A stretch of 62,901 bases of DNA, counting the filler, from Lenisia limosa (lineage: Eukaryota; Protista; Breviatea): the NCBI GenBank assembly GCA_001655205.1. It is 9 parts of 9 records of this genome, joined end to end, with 100 filler letters (N's around TTAATTAATTAA, not from the genome) between each part and the next. Parts side by side here need not be neighbours in the genome. Positions count along the whole stretch, not along the records: positions 40,291 to 51,666 come from LPNZ01008846.1; positions 51,767 to 52,971 come from LPNZ01000955.1; positions 53,072 to 58,076 come from LPNZ01000719.1; 6 more parts are not named here. The stretch is one strand, 5' to 3'. This document shows positions 47,457-58,176 of the stretch, one piece after another. The position numbers and the translations under genes were made by a program. The notes under the pieces were generated by a model, which saw only the letters and a program-made list of their open reading frames with translations, was not told the origin of the DNA and searched no databases. Within the stretch, counting starts at the first letter, position 1, and every line of letters starts with the position of its first letter.

Positions 47457-50400
47457 TCACATGACAGCGCATCCTGAAATAATCAAACTTCGAAACAGAG
47501 AAGGAGCAACAGAAACTAGCTTGTTCGCAGCACTTACCTTTTTTCTTTTCTTGAGGCTGAGGCTGAGGTTGTTTTCTATTCGCGTTTTCTTGTCGTTGTC
47601 GCCTCTCTGCTGCCTAAAATGTCATCATTTGTGGTACAGATATTTAGCGAAAGCAAACAGATAGGCCATTCCACAACAACAACAACAACAACAACAATTT
47701 CAAAAAGAATCTACACCCTAACTACAAGTGTCACCACCCACCTCCCACTAATTGAGAATGCATATCAGCTTGTTGTCTATATCGCTGTTTCGGGTCATTG
47801 TGATGGGCTAGGATAGTTAATCATTGTTAAACTCTTCTGTTTTTGTCTTTCATTATCTAAGCCATCCATATATTAGGCTGTAATCTAATCACTATGCTTG
47901 AATCGTGATATCCCCAGCAAGAGAGTATTTTGAAACTTGATATCCCCAGCAAGAGAGTATTTTGAAACGTAATATCCCCAGCAAGAGAGTATTTTGAAAC
48001 GTGATATCCCCAGCAAGAGAGTATTTTGCAAAAGATACCAATAGTGTTTCGTCGACAACGCATCCCACCTGAGGCTTTGGGCAGTGGAGACTTAGCGGTT
48101 CGCTGTCTTTCGGAAGAGGAAGAGGGGTTGGAGGGAGACGGTTGGCTCTTCAGTGTTAATACGTTTTATTGGGCAATTCTTCCCAATTTCAGTAAACTTT
48201 GAGAGAGAAGAGAAGGATAATTGTTTACACTGAATTTGTTTCTCAAAACAAAAAGAACTAATTATTCTGCCATTAAGAGAGAACAATTTACAACAAATTG
48301 TTTAATTCGATAATACAAGTTTAATTCTTGCCAGAAATATTACTTGGTTAGGTTTTTATCCACCCATTCCTACATGGGCATTACGAGCGGTGGAGACTTG
48401 GGCAGCAGCGAGTGCCCTCTCCTGTCGTTTTCTCTCATGCTCCTGGTACCTATCATCGTAAAGGGGAACTCTGAATTTGAATCCCAATAGCAACATTGTG
48501 TTCTTTCTGACCTGATTTGTTCATCACGCTGAAGCCGTACAGCTAGTTCTTCATCAGTTTCCTTGGGCGGCTGATAAGTTAGAAAAACGTGTTAGCCAAG
48601 TAGACATGTTTGATCAACAATTCATCATTCCTACAGACATTCTAATTGACCCATAGGATAACTTGTTGATCCAACCTTTTCGGGTAACACCTCACGGAAT
48701 TTGTAGTCGCAAGGGGCGAAGTCCCCCTTTGTCTGCAGGGTGAATTAAGAAATAAAAATGGTGATATTTCAGTGGATTAGCAAGGAAAGAGACACCCTTG
48801 CTTACTCCTTCCATCCTGAGCCAAATAATGTGAGTCCCAAGGTAGCCAATATCAGTGCACAGAACTGATTGTAAGAGAACAGAAAACCAACGAATCTACC
48901 TCAATAACTATTACTTGTTGGAAATGAATCCTCATGTATTATTAATAGTACAGTATAGTACCCCAAGATTACAAAATGGTAATGTCATATTAGTTGGATC
49001 AGAACACACCGTAAAGGAAGTCACCATGCTTAGTTACGGTGCTAAAGTGGCCGTTGATGTAAAGAACAGCCATTTCGCCTTCTTCAAGCTCGTCTTTCAG
49101 CTCTGAAGATAAGATCTCTCAAAAAGGTCGCATCATTTTGAAAGCTAATAACAACAATTGTTGGGCTCCTTAGGAAGGTTATAAAGGGGTGCACACTAGT
49201 CTCCCCCACGAACGGCTTATTCCAATTTCCGTAATCTGTGACCCTGTGCTGCTGATGAAGGCCTCAGCTACAGCGCCTATGGAGTGAGAAGTGTTTCAAA
49301 AAATTTGGAATGTTGATTAAATAATATAATGATAAAACCCACTCATGCTAAAGCTGAACAACACAAAATTCTCTGATTTGTTGTAATTCTTCCAGAATAC
49401 CGTTCCAAATAGCCTGTGCAGTCTTAGCATCCAAGTCTTCCTGTGAACTAGACGAGCTAGACTGAGGTGGCGGCGAGGGGGTAGGCAGGGGTGGGATGAG
49501 CGCCGATAGGTTTGGTTGAGTGTCACTGACTTCGCTTTCTTCAAGATCTTCTTTGCTGCTACTTGCCTCGTCTACAATGAACTCATTCTGTTTGATAGGA
49601 TCCGAAGAGACGACGTCATCAAAAAGATTCTCCATTTCTGCTGCCTGGGCGTCTACCTTGACAACTACGGCGTCTTCAACTGAGTCATTTAGCGGGGAAG
49701 CGCTCTCAATTTCAATGATTGGCTCCTGCAGCGTAAAATAATAAACAAAAGGTCAAAACGAGAGTCTTGGAGGAAGAAAAAGTCACAAACTAAGATCTAA
49801 CTCTAGGTTGTCGTACTGTTTGCAAACCTGTAAAATATCACTCACTTTAGCTGGTTTCACCGGGACTGGTGTCGGTTCTACGGCGGTGAGTGAAGAAAGA
49901 GTCACGGGTAAAAGATCATTTTGTCCAAATTTGAGGTTGCAAAGTGATTAGGAACACTTTGATTTTCCGATATGTTGTCTTTTTTGGGATGGAAATGCTC
50001 ACCAGTAAGTACCCCCGATACCATGTGGTGACGCAACATCGTCCATTTGCACTATCAAATTCATTGCCTACATCATTAGCCAAGCTCAAAGACAATGCCG
50101 AAACAAGTGGCCCCTCCAACCTCATTGTAGGATAGCTTCTTGACAATATCATATCCTTCAATACTGCTGTCCGCCTAGTCACATGAGGATAGAGATCATG
50201 ATGTAAACAAGACAATAACAATACTTCATCAAAATTCAGTATCTTTTAAAGGTCTTTAGTGGGTATATATAAAAAAAGCCATTTCGTTATCCATGATTTA
50301 ATATATTACACAATTTCAACACCACCTACCACCCATAAATGGAATAGCTTGACCCTTGAGTAATCGAAAAAGAGAATCTCCGGCATAAACTCAAAAGAGG

Positions 50401-51100
50401 AGACACTAAGGCGAGAGTTATGTTTTAACAAAATATAAAATCGAATTGTGGCAATACTGACCTTGCAAATCTGGGGTTAACATTGAGTCCTTCATGCGCC
50501 AGAGGAAGTAGGAGCTTGAGGGTGTTTAAGTCATTCTGAACTGCCGCCATGACCTCATCGTTATTTGGCGAGTTGTGGACCATCTAAAGGTTATGAAATA
50601 TCAGATTGATCCTGGGTGGCGAAAATGGCAAAGTGTGAAACTCTGTTGTGAAGCAGAAAGCGAGATGTGCACCGTTTGGTGATGAAAACACTTGATTTAG
50701 TCAAGAAAAACGGGGCAAATGATTAGCAAACACGGTCACGAATGTATTGTTTTTTTACATTATAAGAGTCATTCCGTGACCACCTTTACAGCAATCATGC
50801 AGGAGACGTGTATGACCTAGTGTTAAAACTTCTTTCATCCTTAAAGAATTGCTCATTTGTGAAATTGAGCATGATATTTTTGGACAATGCTCTACGTATT
50901 TTGCATAAAGATAAACTATACAATTGTGATGGCCAGCCCAACCAGCTGACCAGGGGACTGTGTGAAGGAGAGTTCCGTAAGCGGTAAGACCATTTAAATA
51001 GTACTGTAGCTAATTTTAGTAAAGTACCAAGCTCAAGCCAAATTGTTCAACCAGTACGTGGCGTGACTCAAATTCCAAATCTACTTTCAATAACGGTTTG
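47457..51100 (-). CDS. MINDY-1/2 (FAM63)-family deubiquitinase, multi-exon, with an MIU-like motif and C-terminal CaaX; 5' end uncertain (may extend to about 52050)
   Basis: LLLPLAHEGLNVNPRF, SSFEFMPEILFFDYSRVKLFHLWVV, KKLSYNEAMNLIV, AEAFISSTGSQITEIG, ELEEGEMAVLYINGHFSTVTKHGDFLY (catalytic His motif), CTDIGYL, DKGDFAPCD, TDEELAVRLQRDE, ending EKKKGCAVM* (TGA 47457-59). Confidence 0.85.
47905..48028. repeat. 32-bp minisatellite, 4 units (intronic)
   Basis: gatatccccagcaagagagtattttgaaacKt starts at 47907 and 47939 and continues with period 32. Confidence 0.95.
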
Positions 51101-53230
51101 ATTGAATAACGCCTTTCTATTCATTAATTATCTTATCAGAATCCCTTTGAAGTGAATGGGAGTTTCTGAAGAAACATTGAGGCAGAGGATAGCGGGCTGA
51201 AATTGGTTTTAGGCCTGAAGGGAGCAGATGGTAAGGTGGTTTCTCTTCTGACACATAGAATCCCCAATCCATGCCATGGCAGCGAGAGATCTTTTCGCGG
51301 GAAGAGTAGAGAGAACTACAATGGCCGCCGAGTTAGCCGAAGTCGGACTTCCCGTGCCCCATGTATCGGCATTTTCCGTTGAAGAGCTTGTTTGACTTGT
51401 TTAATCTGGGTACCATCCCAAAAAGTGAATTGTGTTAGAATCAACTATATCACCTCACCTGTCCAAAGTACTCTCAGATACCCATTGAAGAGTAAATAAA
51501 AACCTTGGTTGAAACCCTGAAATTAGGTTCCACATTGGGCTTCTGGATAGTGCTTTCCAGAATAAGCCTCTGTTACCTGATCTTTGTTGTTTGTTGTTTA
51601 TTTCGTGTGCTTTTTTAAGTAAGGTTTTTTCATGTTTCAATATAATGATGAATAAATAAATATGTCNNNNNNNNNNNNNNNNNNNNNNNNNNNNNNNNNN
51701 NNNNNNNNNNTTAATTAATTAANNNNNNNNNNNNNNNNNNNNNNNNNNNNNNNNNNNNNNNNNNNNACAAAGAAAAACACCCACAGAAAACGACAAAGGG
51801 GGGGGGGGCGGTAATAATACACAACTTCCCGTTTTTTTGAACTATTCTGAGCCAAAGCAACACGCAATCCTTCATACCCTGATTGTTCTGTCAGACTTAT
51901 GGGTACTGAGGGAAAGCAGCTGGTCAATGGGAGAGGCTGTGACTGGCTCGGGATTGGCTGTGATTGGACGGTGCCCTGTCTGGAGCAGTGTTAGAACCTG
52001 GGGCTTACAAGACCTCTGGGACTTTCTTTCACCCCGAACCACTTCATATCACTGGAAAACAAGCCATAATATTTCATACATCATTAGCATCTAAACTCAA
52101 GCCCAACATATATCATAAAAACAAGCTTTAAAAACAAGCCATGGCATCATACAAACAAGCCATAACATAAACACAAGCCCAACATACAACTTCAGCGCGA
52201 GACCGCAGCGGCGCACTAACCGGTCGCGAACCTGGGGATGGGTTAATTATGGAAACCATATAATATATGTATGATATATTAATTGATTATGTTTTGAGTG
52301 GGGTAACATCCAGCCAAGATTCATGAGTAGTAATCAGTTTAATGATGTAGAGAGTCCAGTCAAGATTCATGAGTAGTAATCGATGTAGAGGGTCCATCTG
52401 AAAGGCAGTGTATTCAAAACAAGTAAACGTTTTGACACTTGACAACACCCCACACTATTGTGATCCCCCATTTAAGACCTCATCCTGTCCCATAAAAGAC
52501 TGAATTTCCCGATAACTCCTCGAAAAATCTCGATATTTTGCCGGGTATTTTCGACCCCCCCCCCCACCTGGCGACATGGTACCCGAAGGTTCCGCGGGCT
52601 GAAGAAATGAGACCTTCATGGGCTAACAAGCAATATTTTATTAACCTCGTGTATGTATTTGTATTGTATAATTTATATATATAGCTATGTCTAATATTCC
52701 AATGAGAAATAAAAAAATACGGGTGTATCTAGCCGAAGCCGTCCACACCATCACGCTAATAAGAGACATTGGATTATAGTATAAAATTATGATAAGATTT
52801 GGAATTAATGTGTCTTAAATGGCCTTCTTGTATAAGATATCCAATATCATATTCTAGTTTGTCATTATTCTTTAAGATACTAACAAAACAGCTTCCATAC
52901 TCATAAAGAATGATGTTGTCATGATTTTTGAACCACTTTTTTTTTAATTTTTTTTTTTTTTTTTTGCTGCCNNNNNNNNNNNNNNNNNNNNNNNNNNNNN
53001 NNNNNNNNNNNNNNNTTAATTAATTAANNNNNNNNNNNNNNNNNNNNNNNNNNNNNNNNNNNNNNNNNNNNATATTGGGCCAGCTATCATAATAGGTGTG
53101 AACGGCTTAGGCCAGATACTACCTTATTTTTTATTTCTCATTGCTATGTATATCAGATCATATCAATGTATGACGGGGCCTCCCGTCTCCTATCTGCCCC
53201 AAAATCAACCTTGATTTCCCTCACGCTGTA

Positions 53231-53285
53231 GGTCCTGGCTGCGGCCACCATCGTGTTATGCATGGCGATCACTACGATTACATCG
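53231..53285 (+). CDS. Isolated exon encoding a His/Cys-rich motif (GPGCGHHRVMHGDHYDYI)
   Basis: Flanked by ...ctgtag| and |gtagga. It matches the HxHGPxCGHxxVxHxDHxDY repeat I recall from small His-rich microbial proteins. The rest of the gene is not resolved because of flanking gaps. Confidence 0.5.
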
Positions 53286-53563
53286 TAGGAGGGCTGTTTT
53301 TTTTTTGTTCTGGACTCTTCTATGCTGTATTTGATCTTCTGTTGCATACCCCCCAACTGTATAACATCATACCCAAAAAAAATTCCAATTTTACATGGGC
53401 AGNNNNNNNNNNNNNNNNNNNNNNNNNNNNNNNNNNNNNNNNNNNNNNNNNNNNNNNNNNNNNNNNNNNNNNNNNNNNNNNNNNNNNNNNNNNNNNNNNN
53501 NNNNNNNNNNNNNNAATCTTTTCGTCATCTCTTTTTTTTTTTGGCGTTGAATCAAACTGATTC

Positions 53564-53659
53564 GGCCTTCACTTCGGCTCGAAAAAAATCGGCAAAATAT
53601 CGATAGTTTTCGAGGATTTATCAAGGCATTCCGTCTTTTTTCGAACCGAAGTGAAGCCC
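53564..53659. mobile_element. MITE family M1 copy
   Basis: ggccttcacttcggctcgaaaaaa...ttttttcgaaccgaagtgaagccc|TA. Confidence 0.88.
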
Positions 53660-53664
53660 TAAAA

Positions 53665-54340
53665 CTACTTAGATTTTGGCGTTGAAGCAACTGATCTTTT
53701 AGATTATCGATAATAGTCCTTCTGAGTTCCATCCGAGCCTTCGCACTCCTGTTATGCCTCTCCAATCCCCCTTGTATTTCTAAGGTTGGTGGACCCTTAT
53801 TTCATGGGTGCTATCTCCATTTTCGCTTCTTCCGGGTTGAAAACTTGAACTCTTTTTTCTTTGGAAAATCCTCACACTTCAGCATTCGATCGGTTTAAAA
53901 CAGCGGTCTTGTTTATGTTTCTGTTTCTTCTACCATGTCCCTTATCTGTTAAATGCAATATCTAATTTTTTTAAGTAGAGGTGAATGAACGGTTCTAATC
54001 AGAATCGAACATGTGATGATCGAATTCAAAAAGCATAAATTCAACCATCCATCACCTTGCAACCATAGACTGAAACATTTTCAAAAGTGGGCGCTTCTTC
54101 AATGAGGAGCAAATAGTTAGGGACGAACTGGGAGAGCTTCCGGATTGGGAAAGAGCAAGCCTTCAGAAGAGGGTACTGAAGCACTCATAACATATATGAC
54201 ACATGTTGATATCACCACGCCCCTTGAATTCTTGCCCCCCCCCCCTTACGTGTACAAGAGCACCACGTCGGATTGGAGGAAGTTACCATAAACGGCAAGT
54301 GTGCTCTTCCGTTATACGAACTTGCTCGCTCCTGCAAACT
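53665..54340 (-). CDS. Exon fragments of an unidentified minus-strand gene
   Basis: LQYPLLKACSFPIRKLSQFVPNYLLLIEEAPTFENVSVY and ERHNRSAKARMELRRTIIDNLKDQLLQRQNL, each ending at a GT donor. Confidence 0.35.
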
Positions 54341-54559
54341 TGCTTGGTTGGACTAAAAGGTGAGGTCACAATATCACCAAAAAAGGGCTTGTCTAAAAAT
54401 GGTGTGGCTCTTTTAAAAAACGTCTGTAGTTGCAAAAATTAACCTTTTTATTTGATATAATTACCACTTTTACCAATTTTTTTTAGATGAGCCCAAAAAG
54501 AAGGGAAGATGAGTCCATATCGATATTATGTTGTATAGCTGAGTCAAATTCCCTTCTCT

Positions 54560-57500
54560 GGTGCTGGAATGAATAGGCAATTACCAGTAATGAAGAACAA
54601 TCAGCAGAATCATTTTCCTTATCCTCCAGCCTACCACCAATGATGCTCTGGTTATTTCATCCTTATCAATGTCAGGGGTAGCGGAGCCCGGACTATAGAG
54701 TCGGATCGCGTGTAGGTGCAGACAAAACACCGACTTCCCGGCCTGGGTCCTCTGTTAATGCAAAAGAACCAGAGTATCAATGAGCCTGACCAATACGGTT
54801 TATTAAATTCACTTCCAAATATTACGTTTCATTTTGTATTAGTTCGATCCCCCTACCACCATCACCACCCCAAAGGTCAACATGGTATGATAAAGCCTTC
54901 TACCACATCAGGGGCAACATAAAGCCCTCCACGCATTTGCCCTCTCACGGTAGTAACTTCCCCCCCCCTACCACATCAGGGGCAACATGGTAGTTATAAC
55001 GATGCTTTTGGCAGGAAAAACATTTTGGGTCCTTCTCCTCGGAGGTCAATCTGGGGGGGGAGGGGTCAGTTTTCTTGAGCTCAACGAAAAGAGATAATAT
55101 TAAAAATTCAGTTTTTGTTCACAGCAAAATGGTGACAGCGTAAAAAACAGATTAAAAAAACAAAAATAAAAGTCACATCAATTTCGGAAACAAAACAAAT
55201 GGCACCAAAGGAGGCATACTGGTAGTCGAGGTTCAGCGGTTCTGGCTCCGCGGCCTGTGGGTTGTAGACATAGTCGTTGACAATGGGATGACCGATGTGT
55301 TTGAGATGGACGCGGATTTGATGAGTTCGACCAGTGATGGGGTAGCCTAAAAATGTTATTGTTGAAACGGGACAAAGATATGATCTTGGGTTTTTGCACG
55401 AGCCATACAAAGCATGATACTGGTGTCCTTGTCTTTGTTGTAGCTTAATCTTCGGAAGGCGGTTTTTGAGTCCTTCCCCGCATCCGACACACAAACCACC
55501 AGTTTCGATGTATCAAGAGGAGCAGTCACCTGCCAGATGAATTCGACTCAAATCTGTGTTGATTGATTCAATATTTACTATTTTCATCCCCTCAACTTAT
55601 TTCTTTCCCAAAAGATCATTGCAATGATCTGATATTTTCACAATCCGGGTAAAAAGACGATATCATGAAGACCATGTGTTGTATCGCTACTTACCAAGAA
55701 ATCACCCGATATTGGACAGCCTTGGACTTCAGCCAAGTAACACTTTTCAATCTTTGGAATGAGAGCTGTCACAAATAATGAAACTGCAACCTTACCATTC
55801 AGGTGAATAATACTATTATTTTGTGTAAAAAAAAGTGTGACACAAGCCGATATACATAGTATACTATATGATATGTACGTACAATGTCCATATTAAACCA
55901 AAGATGATCTGAAGCGCACCATTCCACCCTGTTTGAACCGATCAGACAGACTGGTAGCTGCTTGGATATGCCGGCCGAATAGAACGAGTCCACTCGTGGC
56001 CTTATCCAAACGATGAATGCCTGGCGTTAAAGGAGGTAATATCGATCTTCTAACATTTTTGACATGAAGAAAGGGTCAATGTACTCCCCAAACCAACAAT
56101 AAATGTTATTGATGTTCTTTTCTTTGGCAAGGAGGTGTGTGAGAGTGAGGTGCTTACAGGATCCCGAGGGGTGAACCTTATTCAGTCAGAAAGCAAGTAC
56201 CGGAAACGAATATAAATACATTGTAGAGTAAACCTCGATATATCCTTGGTACATATCATCTTTCACAAAGTAACCGAATGGATGTTCTTGAGACATACCA
56301 CAAGAGAGGAAGGCTTATCGACAACCAAATAATCTGGCGTCTCATGGACGATTACAATGTCATCAGACCTAAACAGTAATTAGAATGAGAACATTGAAAG
56401 ATTGGCGTACCTAGCAGGTGCCTCATGAAGGTGCTGTGTTTTACTAAAATAGTCGCCAGTCTTAACCACATGATCCGGACTACACTTGTGGCCTCGACAC
56501 GAGATTTTTCCTGATTCAAATCCAGAACGCTACATTTTTCATGAGCAGGATCTAGACCCTACATGTTCCTCCCTCGATTCTGTGGTAAACAGATCTGCGA
56601 ATGTATCTAGTACATTCCTTCCACACCAAGACTCTTTCGCAAAGACCTTAAATATGTGAATTGTTCCAACTAAAAAAAAGATCTCTTGTTTTGGGCATTT
56701 CATACCTCAAATTTGTGGTGGTAAGGTTTAACCAAGCGATAACCTACAGAGCAATTAGCAACCGGATGGGGACCCATTTACAGACCTTCAATCATCTCCA
56801 CTTCCCAATCCGACGTCTCCACATAGCACTTCGGACTCAGACCCTTCGGGGCTGTTCCTGATGCATCAACACTCTTCAATGTGGCAGTATTGTAGGGATT
56901 CAATTGACCAGAAAACAAATAATTCCTTACGCTTTTCTTTTGAACGGTTAAGCCTACTAGAAACTGGGATCAACGAGACATATCACGCAATATGGACCCC
57001 CCAAAAAAATCTCCCCTTGAATTTGACAGATGGGAAGAGGAGGGTCGGTCAAGGAGCTGCCGATACCGGGAAAAGTTTACAATCACCGGATCATTAGGAT
57101 CTGCTTGGATCTTTTTCGGATCGGGGAGGGTACAGGGTAAATATCAAACAACACACCTTCAGGGAAAGACCCGAGACGAGGCTCTTTCTTGGACTTCTTA
57201 GGCGGAGGGGGGAGTCCTTTCTAGCATTTTACAATAATTTGCATCGGGATTGTGGGAGGGGGAACAAACTTGCATCAAAAAGTCATTGAAAGGCACAATT
57301 TATTCGTACATATAATTCCGAGTTTTCGCTTTCAATGTATGTCGATAAAACAAACTCAATGAGCTCATATATGTATGTATAGAGTAGAAATGCAAAAAAA
57401 AAGTCCTCCCATCATTGAGTTTATCTTACTAACTTCTTTGGCATATTCCAGTTCTTCTGCTCGTTGACGTTTCTTCAACTGCTTTCTGTACTACACAGGA

Positions 57501-58058
57501 TTATGACACCATATGATATAATCTGCTACTACAGGATTATGACATCATATGTATGATATTATCACATAATATTATTCTGATGTACTACGTTGAATACAGC
57601 AAGGGGATCAATAACATTATGAAATTGTTACTCGCCCCCCCCCCCACCATTGAATATATGAATACATAGTATATATCATATAGTACATGATGTCGTAATT
57701 ACACTATTGAAAACCCAACAAGCCAAAAAGTCCCAAATGTGTATTCAACATACCTCTTTCTTTTCAGCTTTTGTAAGTCCCTTCAAAGCCGCCGCTTCCG
57801 CTTTTTTCTGTGATTCTCAATACACAAAAGAAGAAGTGACTAATGATTCAAACCATCATAAGGGTTAGGATTTGAGTGCACTACTCCAAAAGTAAAAAAA
57901 TATGTGCGCTTGATTAGCATTATGAGAACATGGGCTTTATCCTTAAATAGATACAAGATGCGCAATATTTTATCACCAACCTGTCTCAGAGATTCTTCAT
58001 CCAAAGAAACCCCCATTGTGCCGTTGTTTGGGATGTTTATGAGGGAAGACTTTTTCAA
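54560..58058 (-). CDS. RluA-family pseudouridine synthase, RPUSD2/Rib2/Pus9-like, multi-exon, with a long charged N-terminal extension; both ends approximate
   Basis: GYRLVKPYHHKFEVFAKESWCGR, S4-like GKISCRGHKCSPDHVVKTGDYFSKTQHLHEAP, DYLVVDKPSSL, HPSG, GIHRLDKATSGLVLF (catalytic Asp), GKDSKTAFRRLSY, YPITGRTHQIRVHLKHIGHPIVND, DPKCFSC and FCLHLHAIRL. Confidence 0.9.
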
Positions 58059-58176
58059 AACGGGAGGGGGTTGTCTNNNNNNNNNNNNNNNNNNNNNNNN
58101 NNNNNNNNNNNNNNNNNNNNTTAATTAATTAANNNNNNNNNNNNNNNNNNNNNNNNNNNNNNNNNNNNNNNNNNNN

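Noticed and set aside
52190-52240. GC-rich island as a possible tRNA or other small RNA
   Set aside because: No cloverleaf, T-loop (GTTCRA) or A/B boxes are recognisable.
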